A program made the position numbers and the translations under genes. From Yuukianura sp. NJ FZ-2021 (lineage: Eukaryota): DNA of 64,000 nt. Below, piece by piece: positions 10,777 through 22,665 of the stretch; positions within the stretch are counted from its first letter, which is position 1; every line of letters starts with the position of its first letter. The notes beneath the pieces are model-generated. The model did no database searches. It was not told where the DNA came from and was given only the letters and a program-made list of their open reading frames with translations. The stretch is from NCBI GenBank assembly GCA_046563655.1, contig CM102286.1, positions 1 through 64,000 of the forward strand, read 5' to 3'.

Positions 10777-13700
10777 TTAGTCACTAACTATTTCTACTGG
10801 AACGAGATCCTCTTCGCTCCCTCTTTTCGTCACTCCCTTCTTCTTTTTCTTGAGGTTTTTCCTTCCCTTGGATTTGGACTTCAAAGTGTCCACAACGGCC
10901 ACTTCCTCATCCTCCTTCCCCTTGAACTTTGAGAGGAGGTGGAGTTCCTCGAGTGGCATTCGGATGAGCAGTTCATTTTGACTCATGAGGTCCAGCACTT
11001 GGTGCATGAGATGAGGAAAGTACAGGATTCCATCCAAGTACAGACACTTGCTCGTGGGACACTGTCGAATTGCTTCATACAAAAGTCCCTCTGCTCTCCT
11101 CCTGTCCTTCCCCTCCTTCGCTCGCATGGCCAAGTGCTTGAGATGAAGTCTCCAGATCAAGGGGCAGTGACCACTCAACACATTCTTCTCAGCACCACTC
11201 AGAATCCCATCCACTTTGTAGAAAATCGTATCCGGAGGCACTGCTGGTCCCCCTGCAACAAAAACCAATGACTACTTGAACATTCCTTCCAAAAACATTC
11301 CCATCCTCACCAATTCCAAATTCATGCAGGGCCACTGCCGACTCCTCCTCAATCTCCTCCATTTGTGTGGACAAAGTGTAGGCCATGAAGACGGGAGTCC
11401 AATCCAGAGTGCAAAAGTCACTCGCATTCCGTTCCTTGACTGTCTTGACGAGGGACCGCCACAGTTTCCCCACCACACTGCACTGACTCTGCAAAAACAA
11501 ACAAAATGAGTCAACTGAACACAGCCAAAGTTAAAAAGTGAAAGTACTTCGACATTCATGTAGAGGAAGAGGAGAGGGGGGCTGGAGGGGTAGAGTTCCA
11601 GGGCCTTTCCAAGGATACTTCTCAACTTGGCGTTTTGCATTGGGTGAAGCGTCACATGGAGGGCTCCTAGTCTGGACCAACTCACAAACAGCTCCTCCCG
11701 AATCCTGTGTCCACTGTTCCAAACAAACAAACAGTTAGTACTTTTCCACAAATTCAAAGTACATTGTTGGAAATGTTGGCTTACTTGACGATTGAGGAGG
11801 AGTACTTGTTGGTCCGAGAGAGAGGCGGCAGTTGTTCCAGTCTGTCCATCACTCTCGTCATGACCTCTGAGGCTGCGTCCAGGGAGTCATGGACCAGAAA
11901 TGCAAAGAGACTGTAGGCCACTGTCCACTCCACAATCAAATTAGTCTTCTGCCCAAAGTACTCCAAGCAGTGTCCACCATCCCACTTCCCAAATTCCGTT
12001 CCCCACCAATCGTCACAGTCAATTCCCACTACATCCTCTTCCTTCCCCACAAGTCTATCCAGCACACTTTCAAAAAACTTCTTGGCTCTCAGTATTGCAA
12101 CATTCGACGTCGCTTCACTTCCGTCCTTGGATTCCAGGAAAGACGTGTCAAAGTGATTGCCGAGTGAGGTCAGAATCCCAAGTGCGTCGGCCCTCGACTC
12201 CTTCAAGTGGAATTCTGCCAGAACACGAAACAGTTTCGTAACTCCCGCAACTTTTTCCCAGTTCTGTTCCACAAACTGCCCAACATTCTCCTCGTGTACA
12301 TTTTCTCTCAACACTTTGGCACTGGACACGACTGTTTTGGTTAGAAGTGCAACTGCTCTCTTCTTCTTTCCTCCAAAGTACTCCAACAGACCAATCTCCA
12401 AGTAGCCCTCCACGCAGTCTCTCACTTTGGGATTCTGGAGCAAATTCTTGGAAAAAGTGAGAGGTTCCTTGGGATCTTTGCCACCGAGAGACCTCTGCTC
12501 AAACCGAATGAGCGTTTGGACGAGGAGAGAAGCAAAGTTTGGTTGGAGGTGGTCCAGACTCTGAGTGACGATGGATCGAATCATGCCATGCAACTTGGTT
12601 GCGTTCTCCTCCAGCAGTTCCTCCTGTCTCTTGGAAACTGAGTCTGGAAGTGGAGTTCCCACTTTGAGCTTCTTTCCAGTTGGCATAATGGAGGGGGCAG
12701 AGGGAAGAGAGTACTCTGGCAACTGGAATCCCTCTGGAAGGTGCATAGTTTTAGGATTGGTGTGGTAGAACTCTGTTCCTTTCCTCCAGTAGTTGACTTC
12801 AGTCCAGAAAGTGGAAGTGTCTGAGAGGGAGAGTGAAGAGAATGGAGCCAGGATTGATTCCAGAGTGTGTGTCCTTGGGAGGTAGTGCGGGGCCAGCAGA
12901 AGCAAGTAGTTGAGGACATGTCGAAAGTAGGCACTTTGACGCTGGAAGAGAGACAAAGTGGAAGGAATTTGAACTAAGAACGGAGTGACGTCTTGAGAAG
13001 AGATGATTCTATTCGTGTCATCGCAGTCTGGGATGTCAGAAGTTGTTCCTCTCCAGGGAGTCCAGTAAACCTTGGAACGGAGAGACTCAATGAGTGCCCA
13101 TTTGGCAGACTGTGCAAGAGTCCATTCACTCCTTGTCAAAACACTCTCTCCTTCCGAACTTTCAATCGCTTCAAAAAACCCAGACTCAAAATCTTGAACT
13201 GAAAGCGAAACCAAAAATAAAACAGTTAGTACATAATCACTTTTCAAATAAAGTTGAACAATTGAAGGAGTAAGTTGTTACCAACGGAATCAGGCACTCC
13301 GATTGGATCCACTTTTCGTCCGAGTGACTCTGGACTTTCTGTTTCCAGAACTTCCTTCCAGCCCCCTCCACATCCTGGTTCTCCAAATCGCAGAGTTTCC
13401 AGTCCCCAAAACAATTCAAACAGCTTCACAACTCCCTTCCATCCACTTTTGTCGCTTCCCAGTCTCCTTCCTTCCTCTGGAAAGTTGAAATGGAATTCCA
13501 GCTGAGCTTGACAAATGGCCACACTCTTCTCCGTGTAACCAAGGTTCCTGAGCAGCACAGTGAGGCCATAAAGTAAATCAGGAACAAGTAAATGGATTTG
13601 CGATGGTTTGGGATGTGCTGCTGGGTAGGATGGACTCAGCATTCTGCGCAACTTCTCGAATCCTTTTCCGAATTCCCTCCCAAGACCAGAACATGATGAC

Positions 13701-15026
13701 AGTTCCAGTTGAGTTGCACTGAATTTGAAGCGTTCTATCCAAACTGGTTCTGAGTCCTCATTGGCTCCTACCAGTTTCTCCCACTCCCCAACCACATCAC
13801 CTGATTTCACAATTTCGCTGAGCAAATCCAGACGATCAAAGTGGAGATCTGTACTCTTGGGGTTACTCCCTGCAAAAACCAAAATGGAATTTAATTTAAT
13901 ACTCAATTTGATTTAGAAGTAAAAGTAGGAATTGCTTTGACTTACTGAGAGCCTTCTCCAGAATGGCGACCTTCTTCTCCACTCGTCCTTTCCGCTTCAA
14001 GTCCACGCAGTCTTCATCCTGGAATTTGACAAAGTCCCTCCACAACTCCACGTCCTCTGGATTGTGGCGAGTGCGCCTGTTGAAGTCCTCTCTCTTGTCC
14101 GTCGTCCCTTCCTCTGTCTCTTTAGGCGTCCCTTTGGATTGGATGGACATGAACTGGACTATCTTGGAAGGAGTCCTTAAGGGCTCTGTGCCTGGAGGCG
14201 GAGGGGGACTCTCTTCTTCCTTCACTTCCTCTTCTTGCGTGTGGCTTTTGTTCAAGTAACTGCGGATGTTGTTTCTCTTGATGTAGTCCTCAGTGGCACC
14301 CAGCACATTGTCCCTGTAGAAGGAAGGGAAGAAGGAGGGAGTGTCTTGTCCAGCGGACTCTGTTCGCAGCATGTCTGGATTGGAACTGGAGTCCAAACGA
14401 AAGGCAAAGGCAGGCGGAAGGGCAGCTTCCTCCAGAAACGAAACATCTCTCCTCCCACTCACTTCCAGTCTAAACACAAAACACAATGTTTTAAGTTCTT
14501 AATCCAGTCTATAAACTTCTTTCTTGACTTACCTTCGCTGTTCGGCGCTTCTCGGGTGTGGTTCGGAGTGTCGACCGCGTTGTGAACCCCTTGAATATCC
14601 ACCATCACCGTTTCTATGACGACCGTCTCCATTTCTCCGCCAGTCTGAGTCTGAATTTCGGTTGTACAGCGGATTAGGCACGAATTCTTGCTGTTCACTT
14701 CGATAACGTCCATTCCAACTGTCCGTGTTCAGAGCCCAACCTTGGCCGTGTCTCATTTCTCCTCGTCCACTCAAGTTGTCGTAAGCAAAATGAGAGGAAA
14801 AGTCTGGCATGCTTCTCCTGTCTCCACGATGTCCCCTCCTGTCCCACCGCTCTTCATTCCCACCGTGATGGCCAGAACTTGGACGTCCCCTGGACCACGA
14901 CCCTCGTCCGTCACTTTCCCCACCGCCAAAATCTCTCCCACTCCTATAACACTCTTCTCTTCCACGAACGTTTCGAGAGTAGTTGTTGCCCCCACCGGAG
15001 GGAGACCGTGACCTCTTGTACGACAT
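10777..15026 (-). CDS. NRDE2: NRDE-2 (nuclear RNAi defective 2 / nuclear exosome regulator) homolog, multi-exon
   Basis: REDFNRRTRHNPEDVELWRDFVKFQDE...KKVAILEKAL|...NPKS; GYTEKSVAICQAQLEFHF; FELFW...RFGEPG; C-terminal LYEAIRQCPTSKCLYLDG...LLIRMPLEE. First exons are approximately 15026-14533, 14469-13946, 13869-13282 and 13198-11785. Confidence 0.88.
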
Positions 15027-15177
15027 TCCTACTCCAATCTCCCCACTAAAACAAAAACAAAAACTATTTAAAACTTTGAATACTCCACTAAAAACTGTTT
15101 ACTTTTTACTAAAAAAACAATGACAAAGTACAAGAGAGTTGATGCGTCATGTGATTGTAACTAATCATATTATCATA

Positions 15178-15975
15178 TCATCTAATTCCTGCCTCAGTGA
15201 TACTAAAAACAGTCTTGTTAGGCGATACTTTCCCCTTGACTACATGAGCAGTGCGAAGAGAGCCATCGAACTTCAAGTGAATTCGCGTATTTGGAATGTG
15301 AGTCCAAGTGTCACCGAGAAATGGAATTCGATAGTCCGTCCCACTGGCAGAGAAGCGAGTAGTCATGTTGTTCGTCACTACGACTGCTATGCCTAACTCA
15401 GAAGCTACTTTGTGAATGGTCTGGAACAACTCGTACAGTACTTTTCCCCGTTCACTGAACTGCTCCGAAGTTCCATAGAAGAGGAAAGCCAAACTGTCAA
15501 TCACAACCAACTTCACTTGAGGATGGACACGAAGGAACTCCCGCAGATCCGACACGAAGCTCCTTAGTTCTGCCACATCTCCACATCGGACCAAGTGAAT
15601 ACCGTGGAGCAAAGATTGCGGAGTGAGAGAGGAGGCTGGGTCGAGAGAGAGACAGTGCTGGACACAGTGGGTGGCCATCGTCTCCAGTCGATTGACCACA
15701 AAAGAGTTCTCCGTGTCCAGGAAGAGGCACTCTGCCCCCAATCCGCCCAAGGAAGCTGGAATCTGGACATCGATGGCCAGTTGACAGGACAGAGTCGTCT
15801 TCCCACTTCCCTTGTCTCCGTACATCTCCGTCACTTTCTTGAGCTCAATTCCTCCTCCCACGATGTTGTCCAGAGCCTCACTGAATGTAATGATTGGAGT
15901 GAGACATGCTTCTGCGTCCAGCAGTTCCCCAAATGACTCCATTCTGAGTCCACCTCCTCTGTCCATTCCAGGCAC
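15178..15975 (-). CDS. RAD51C: RAD51C-like recombinase paralog (start codon uncertain)
   Basis: Walker A (EMYGDKGSGKT), QLAIDVQIP..LGG...LFLDTENSF, Walker B (VKLVVIDS), VVVTNNMTTR, PFLGDTWTH. The core is uninterrupted by introns. Confidence 0.85.
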   Translation of the reverse strand: MPGMDRGGGLRMESFGELLDAEACLTPIITFSEALDNIVGGGIELKKVTEMYGDKGSGKTTLSCQLAIDVQIPASLGGLGAECLFLDTENSFVVNRLETMATHCVQHCLSLDPASSLTPQSLLHGIHLVRCGDVAELRSFVSDLREFLRVHPQVKLVVIDSLAFLFYGTSEQFSERGKVLYELFQTIHKVASELGIAVVVTNNMTTRFSASGTDYRIPFLGDTWTHIPNTRIHLKFDGSLRTAHVVKGKVSPNKTVFSITEAGIR

Positions 15976-16322
15976 TGCGAGTCAAATCAAAGTGACTAAT
16001 TCATGTCCACCCTACCTCCCTTGACCGCTGACCTTCACCTAACCAATCCCTATCCAACTCCACATGCTAAATGACACAAGGCGCTATTCAAATGAAATAA
16101 AATGCGAAATGGTCCTCACCTTTTGTCTTTAGATGATAAGTTGATGAAGGCGATATTCCACCAACTCCACGATCGTCCTTCAAACTCTCCACTCCAAACA
16201 ATACGAGATGATCTCTTGATTAACCAACTAATTACTTACAGGAAACCAACAATTAAGTACTTTTAAACACTAGAAATTAAAACTGCTTCTTTCTTGTGTC
16301 TTGCTTTAATTGTTGGTTAATA

Positions 16323-16454
16323 ATTTCAAAATGATTTCCCGCACTTTTGTGTCCTAATTCTCGGAAAAAAGAGAAAGTACAGATGAGGTTATCGGACTAT
16401 TAGACCCTGCTCCATTTTGAACTTGAGACAAAGTGCGGGAAATCAGTTTGAAAT
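16323..16454. promoter_or_regulatory. Module C palindrome between RAD51C and maelstrom (E2F-like GCGGGAAA and CHR-like TTTGAA in both arms)
   Basis: ATTTCAAAATGATTTCCCGCACTTTTGTGTC ... GAGACAAAGTGCGGGAAATCAGTTTGAAAT form a ~30-bp imperfect IR around a ~70-bp core shared with 43015-43075, 45960-46020 and 56240-56300. Confidence 0.7.
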
Positions 16455-16477
16455 AAGTAAACAAATAATTCAAAAAA

Positions 16478-16622
16478 ACAGCTTGTTCGCTCTCTCGGTC
16501 CGCACCCTGGACGAGATTCACATAAATACTGCGAGAGCTGGATCCAACTCCTCGGAAGGGTAACTCCTACTCCTCTCGCTCTCATATAAAAGGAAACACA
16601 AACCAAAATTTCCTCAGTCCAC
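16478..16622 (+). promoter_or_regulatory. Module B, TATA/Inr promoter-like region upstream of maelstrom
   Basis: TATAAAAG at 16585 and a TCAGTC Inr at 16614. Related copies at 5680-5815 (+), 45755-45905 (-), 42908-42962 (-, partial) and 56060-56180 (-, diverged). Confidence 0.75.
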
Positions 16623-16983
16623 AACCAACTCTTCTTCGAAGGAGGAACGTGTTCGCCATTCGGCATAGCTTTACTAATTAGTTGGTTGATTAATCGGTTC
16701 TACTTCCAAAGGAACTCGTAAAAGGTAAGGATAACTCCACTTTTCTTAACCAACTAGGTTAGGTAGGTCCAGGGGGTACTTCAGATAAGGAATCTATCTC
16801 AATCTCAAGGGGTCAAAGAGTAGGGTCACACAGTTACAGATTAATAGTCTCTTTTGAGATATCTCATGTAGTAAGCGTTAAGTATGATTTGAGTATTAAT
16901 TCTGCCTGGAATTCGGTACTGATTTTTGGTCGCATATTTCAGTCCAAGTGTTTTTTAAAGATTTGTGGACCAAAATTCTGACG

Positions 16984-19193
16984 ATGCCGAAGAAAAAGAA
17001 GCAACCGAGGAACGCCTACTACTTCTTCATCTCGGACAAGAAGAAAGAGTACGAGCGACAGGGAACTCGGTTTAGATCTATTCAGGATGTCTTTGCCATG
17101 GAGAATCTGAGGGAGGAGTGGAAGGTAAGTGGACGTTGATTCCATTATTCAATGCAGTAGAACTAACTGGGGAATTGTTAACATTTACCAGTGTCTGGAC
17201 CCAACTGCCAAGTCCAAGTACGATCAACTGGCGAAAGAAGCCAAACTGGCTGACAAGGAGGACTTGACGAACAAGTTTACATGTGCAGGAGAGAGGTAAG
17301 TGCAAAATTAGTAGTTATGGCTTTAGTGAATAGGTTCGGATAATAACGATTGTTTTGGTTTCCAGTTATGCTCAGGTGAACCAGCGTGTGTCTCAGGAGA
17401 GAAGAGAAGAAGAGCTCAAGGAGGAAATCTTGTCCAATTTGACGATGGAGGGACCTGGACTCAATGGGCAGAAGTTTGTAGTTTTCAAGTCCATCGACGT
17501 GTGTGAGGTTGGATATCCTCCTGATTCGGAGTTTCTGCCAGCGGAACTGGCCATTGGATCCTTCAGTATTGCTACTGGACACATTTCAAACTACCACACT
17601 CTCGTTGACATCGGTGAGCTCATCTAATATTTAACATTTACGCTCCGTTTCATCCAAAACCTAATTTGCTTTTATATTCCTGTCACTAGTGAACACTCCA
17701 CTGGGATATGCAGCTCAGGCGAAAGATAACTTCGAAGCTACAGCTCTGCCGCTTCCCGGCTCAGACAAGTTTAAGCCTGCACACCGCAACTACTTCAAAA
17801 TTCTGCAAAATCTGAAGAGATTCATTCAATCGGTATGTCAGGAATCTCCTCCGTCTTACTTAATCAAGGATTGAATCTTGATCCTAAATCCTTATTTGTT
17901 ACGTCCATAACTTTCACTTTGGTTTCCAGTATGTGACTCCAGTGCACGGGTTCTACCCAGTCTTCATCAAACCAGACAATGACAAACCAGTGGACGAGCA
18001 AGTTCTCAAGTGGATGGTCAAGGAATCTAGACGTAAGGCAACTCTTCTTTTTTCCCCAACTCATTTCACATGCTTACAAAATGTTGGTTTTTGACAGGGA
18101 TTGGGCCATATGAAGGGTTTGACGATGAGGCTGAGAACGAGTTGTACGATTTTTTCAACTACTTGAAGTTTCTGAAGGTGACAAAGTTGCTGCTTCGACT
18201 GGGCGGAGTAGCCCGTGTGCGATGCCCAACATTCCGTTCTCACGTTGCTAGTTTCAACTACTTGGAGAATGCGGCAGTTCATGTCCTGAGTGCGGGAGTC
18301 TACGATTATTTTCCCAACATCACTTGCTCCTATCACAACTTGGTAAGCCCTCTACTTTAATGTTCCACTGGAAACAAAGTCATGTGATGTTTTGTAATTT
18401 AGAGTACGGAGGACACTGAGTCCATGAAGATGAATCGGTGCTGCCGAAACATCGTGTTGCGCACAATCTTCCTCATCTTGAGAGAGGTCATGCCAGGGAT
18501 GAATGTGCAACCAATCATGAGCCACACACCACAGTCCATCAAACCTCAGCCGCGGTATGAACTTGGGCCCAAAGTTCCGGAAAATGAGACGAAACGAGAC
18601 ATGGACGAAATGAAGGAAGTAAGTCTTTCTTGAAACATTGATAAAGAGAAGTAAGAAAGTCAAGTTTTGCTTAATTTGTAGGAAGTTCTACCGCCGGTGC
18701 CGAACAACTGGGATGTGCCAAGTGGTAGCCGTGGTGGTCGAGTGAAGAAGCCTTTGAGTGAGGAGATAGACGATCCGTACTATGAGCCATGTCCATCGAC
18801 GCTTGGAGCCTTCGGAGTCAAGGGGTGTGATTGGGGGGCTGAAGGGGACAGTTCCTGGGGAATGACTTCCACTCCTTCCTTTTCCAGCGAGGACTTCCCA
18901 GTCCTTGGACAGGGTGGAGGGAGCAGTGTTTGCAGCTCTGGCAGAAGTTCAGTCGTCGGAATGGGAGCTGGCAGAGGTCGTGGGTGGGGATCGAGTGACC
19001 AGGCTGCTGGAAACTCCTTCCAGCAACAACCGACGAACCAGGACAATTGGTCTTTCCGTAAGCTTTCCAAAAGTACATTTCTCAAATTCACTTTTTAATT
19101 TCTCCTTTTTTCTGGATTGCAGGACCTAATTCTGGATCTGGATTTGGACGCGGTCGTACCGCTCACTACCAAAACTACGAATCAAAGCCATAA
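16984..19193 (+). CDS. mael: Maelstrom (HMG box + MAEL domain), piRNA pathway
   Basis: HMG-like MPKKKKQPRNAYYFFI...EEW. MAEL motifs FLPAELAIGSFS..G....YHTLVD, PLGYAAQAK, CSYHN...RCCRNIV. RG-containing C-terminus. GT-AG introns and a stop at 19191-19193. Confidence 0.88.
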
Positions 19194-19527
19194 CTTCCAC
19201 ACCTCGGACCTTTTCCAACATTTTCACTTTTCTTTTTCAAGCATACTTGTTTCGTTCCCTTTGAACAATTAACTTTTGAGGCTCTCTTCAGCATAAGTTA
19301 CTCTAAACTGTTACTTACACTTTATGAATTAATTTTGTCCGTTGTGGAATTGGCTAATTAAATAATTAAAATAAAAGATTGGATTCCAAAGTGATTGGAT
19401 TTATTAGTTTCCACTGATCGATCATGGAGTGAGATGGCCTTATAAAATTAGACTTAAGTTGGGGTTTCGTGGGAGAGTTGGGAAGGAGTTAAAGGTAAAG
19501 AGACGATAGGTGTTAGGTGAAAGTGTA

Positions 19528-20430
19528 TCACTTGAGGGGGGCCATTGCGCCAACAGCCAATACTTTGATTTTCTTGGATCCACTGGCAGTGCTAGGAATG
19601 GAGGAAGATCTTGAGGAGGAGGCAGAGGCAGGAGACCCTGGTTCGTCCTCTCCCTCGTCACCAATTGACCCATTCATGTCTCCAGTCACTTCCAGCACAT
19701 TTCCACACAAAGTGGCCGTGGCAGAGGTCAAACTGCCCGTTAGCCGTGCTCTCTCCACCCCTCGAACTGGAAACAAAGGGAGTTAGTGACTGAGTGTTAA
19801 AATACTTGGACTTGTGTTAGAGTAAGAGTAATTTCCAGGTACCAGACACGGACTCACTTTGGGTCTCAAGGATACTGTTTTGTCGCTTGAGATCTTCAAT
19901 GTCATGTTGGTGGGAGGAGTTTTTGCGTCGCATGAACTGAATGTAGTCTGCTGCTTTCTTGAGGATTTGAGCCCGACTTGACTAAAGAACAACAGAAATG
20001 TAAGGAGAAGTTGAAATTGAATGTGGCAGTTGTGTTGACTTGCCTTCTCCCCCTGTAGTGATGGTACTGAATCTCGTAAGCATGTGAAACTGTCCTTGAT
20101 GTGATCGCGTCGTTTCCTCTCCAGTGCATTGTGGTGAGCTCGTTTCTCGGCCTAAGGAAACAACTGATTAGACATGGAAGTCAATGGTTAAAGTGGTGAC
20201 AAGGCTCCACCTGAGTCATTGGTTTGGAAGAGGGGGAAGGCCCACCCTTGTCCCCAAGGTCATCTTCGTCCATGTCATCGTCCTAATCATGAAATGAACA
20301 CATTTACATCAGACTAAGGTGAGTGCCACCTCCCATTGAAGCGTAGATGCCACGTGTGTTGTCTTACGTCACTGTCTCCCATGAGTCCATCTCCCTCAAT
20401 GTCAATGTCCACTCTCTCCTCGTCAGACAT
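19528..20430 (-). CDS. Max: Max (Myc-associated factor X) bHLH-LZ protein, 5 exons
   Basis: Exons 20430-20368, 20282-20211, 20151-20044, ~19981-19858 and ~19766-19528 give [12 protein letters not shown]...[85 protein letters not shown]. Mostly missed by the ORF track. Confidence 0.95.
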
Positions 20431-21513
20431 TAAATCACGCTTCCACCAATGTCACTGTGTCCCTCAATTGTCCAGATCCACCAAAACCGATCAACCAACT
20501 CACTCCCAATTTCGAAAATACAAATCAAAATGTTGACGTTGATTCTTATCTTTGTTATTGACTTCTCTCTCACAAGTTCTATACACATAAACTAACATGT
20601 GCTTTTCCCATTCAACTCTGTCATCACTCTCCACTAAAACCACCCAACACATGTGGGCATCAAATCCTTCAATCACACGCAAATATATGCAGAAACAATT
20701 GCTAATTAAAAGTTATTAAATTTAATATGTTATGATTTACAAAGTCAATTATAATAACCAATACAATAATTAAAAATCAGTCGTAGAACGCGTGGGTCAA
20801 GTTGCGGTTTCATTACGTTCGCTTTGCATCCAGTGTACCCAACTACCAACGTGAACTTCGACCGCGGTTAACTGGGTAGGACCCAGTATGCCTCAGACCC
20901 CAAGATTAGCAAGATGGGTAAACAAATAAAGCTAGGTAATATACCTAACCTTGTAGGCTTTTTGTAGATTGGTTGCTATAGTAACCTTGAAGATTAGTTT
21001 TAGTAAGCATCACGATCCTGAGGATTATGAACTTGTTTTTAGTATTGTAGTATTCTTATCGTTAGTGGAATGTTCGTGAATTTTGAGCATTAGTCACTTC
21101 TTCCATCTACGCTATAATCGCGGTATGGATCCGTAATATAATCGTGGTAGTATGAAACTAACCTTAAAAACCAGGTTATGCCGCTGTTACAGTTTACAGA
21201 TATGACTATTGAAATTATAAAATACGGTTAAAGTTGCATTGCTAGAATGGAGTTTACTTTATTGCAACAGTAGGACTTTTGGACAGGGTTGCTGATTTTT
21301 TTGATTTCTTTCAAAAAAATCAAAAATCATGATTTTTTTATTTAATCAAGATTTTTTGATTTAAATCAAGTACACAATCTTGAACGGCTTAGTCCTAAAA
21401 AATTGCAAATTAAGTTCAAATTTGAATGCAAAAATACTCCTAAATGGCTTTTCATCACCTTTCACGTGGGGTTATTCTGATTATAATGTAAAAATTCACA
21501 GTTTTGAGCAAAT

Positions 21514-22448
21514 AATAACAAAAACCAAAAAATTGGAAAAAATCCTTCGGTGACAATTAAAGACAAAAATAAAGGGTGAGAACCTAAAACTAAGCTCAAA
21601 ACGATTTGGCACCGATGAGGCTCTTAACCCATAACAAAGTTTAATTCTTATAGAAATTGTATAAGTACAAATATAGCAAACTTAAGCATATTATTATTAC
21701 ATAGGGGACAGTTGATTTTATACATATTTATGCTTATAATTTTACCTGGGTATTTGTTCAAATATCCAGCGTACTCTTCACCTTGATTAAATGATATTCG
21801 AACATTCACAGACGCTTTACCAAGCTGTACGAAGGTGGATTGAGAAGTCCTGTACCCCATTGACCTCCTTGACCTTTCCTAAACTAATCCTCGTCACCAT
21901 TGATTCGTACGTATTTACCCTAAACTGTTTTCAACTTCCTATTCCTTCCAAATTCCAAAACCATACTCTGTTTTAGCATGAAAGATGGATGTACATTATC
22001 ACTCTGCCTGGCATTGACATTCAGAATGGTGGACAGGGAAGTGCCGAACACGCAGACAGTGGGAGGAGGTCAAATGTGGCGGAACTTTGATAAGGTCAAG
22101 ACAAGGATACTCTGCATTCATGGCTGGACGCGACAGCAACACCAGCGCTAGAGTACAGAACAATAGCCTCCATCATCACTTCAACCAAAGCGTTGATTCG
22201 CTCTAAACGAACGAAGAAGTTCTATTACCGTTATGGGTTCTCTTAGATGCTTAAGTTTGCTATATTTGTACTTATACAATTTCTATAGAGAATTAAGAAT
22301 TAATTTTCTAAAAAGAATTAAACTTTGTTATGGGTTAAGAGCCTCATCGGTGCCAAATCGTTTTGAGCTTAGTTTTAGGTTCTCACCCTTTATTTTTGTC
22401 TTTAATTGTCACCGAAGGATTTTTTCCAATTTTTTGGTTTTTGTTATT
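21514..22448. repeat. ~175-bp near-perfect inverted repeat (arms 21514-21689 and 22247-22448)
   Basis: The arms are reverse complements apart from a ~25-bp extra segment in the right arm. A second short IR pair links ~21707-21735 with ~22536-22563. Confidence 0.85.
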
Positions 22449-22665
22449 TTATAATTTTTTTTTCGTGTAAGTTTTTTTTACTTGACTTCTTTAAGTTTGA
22501 CAAATGGCGCTGTCACTTCAATTAATAATCGATACAAGCATAAATATGTATAAAATCAACTGTTACCTGTGTAAGAAACTTCGTTTTAATTAATGATTTA
22601 GATTTTAACATTTTTATTTTATGTTGCTTAGTTTAGTGTTAGTGTTTAACGATAAAGTTTGTACT

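Noticed and set aside
20780..20900. GC-rich hairpins (e.g. ACTGGGT-AGG-ACCCAGT) as an ncRNA or Helitron end
   Set aside because: Single short stems with no second copy and no recognisable terminus; the region is just upstream of Max.
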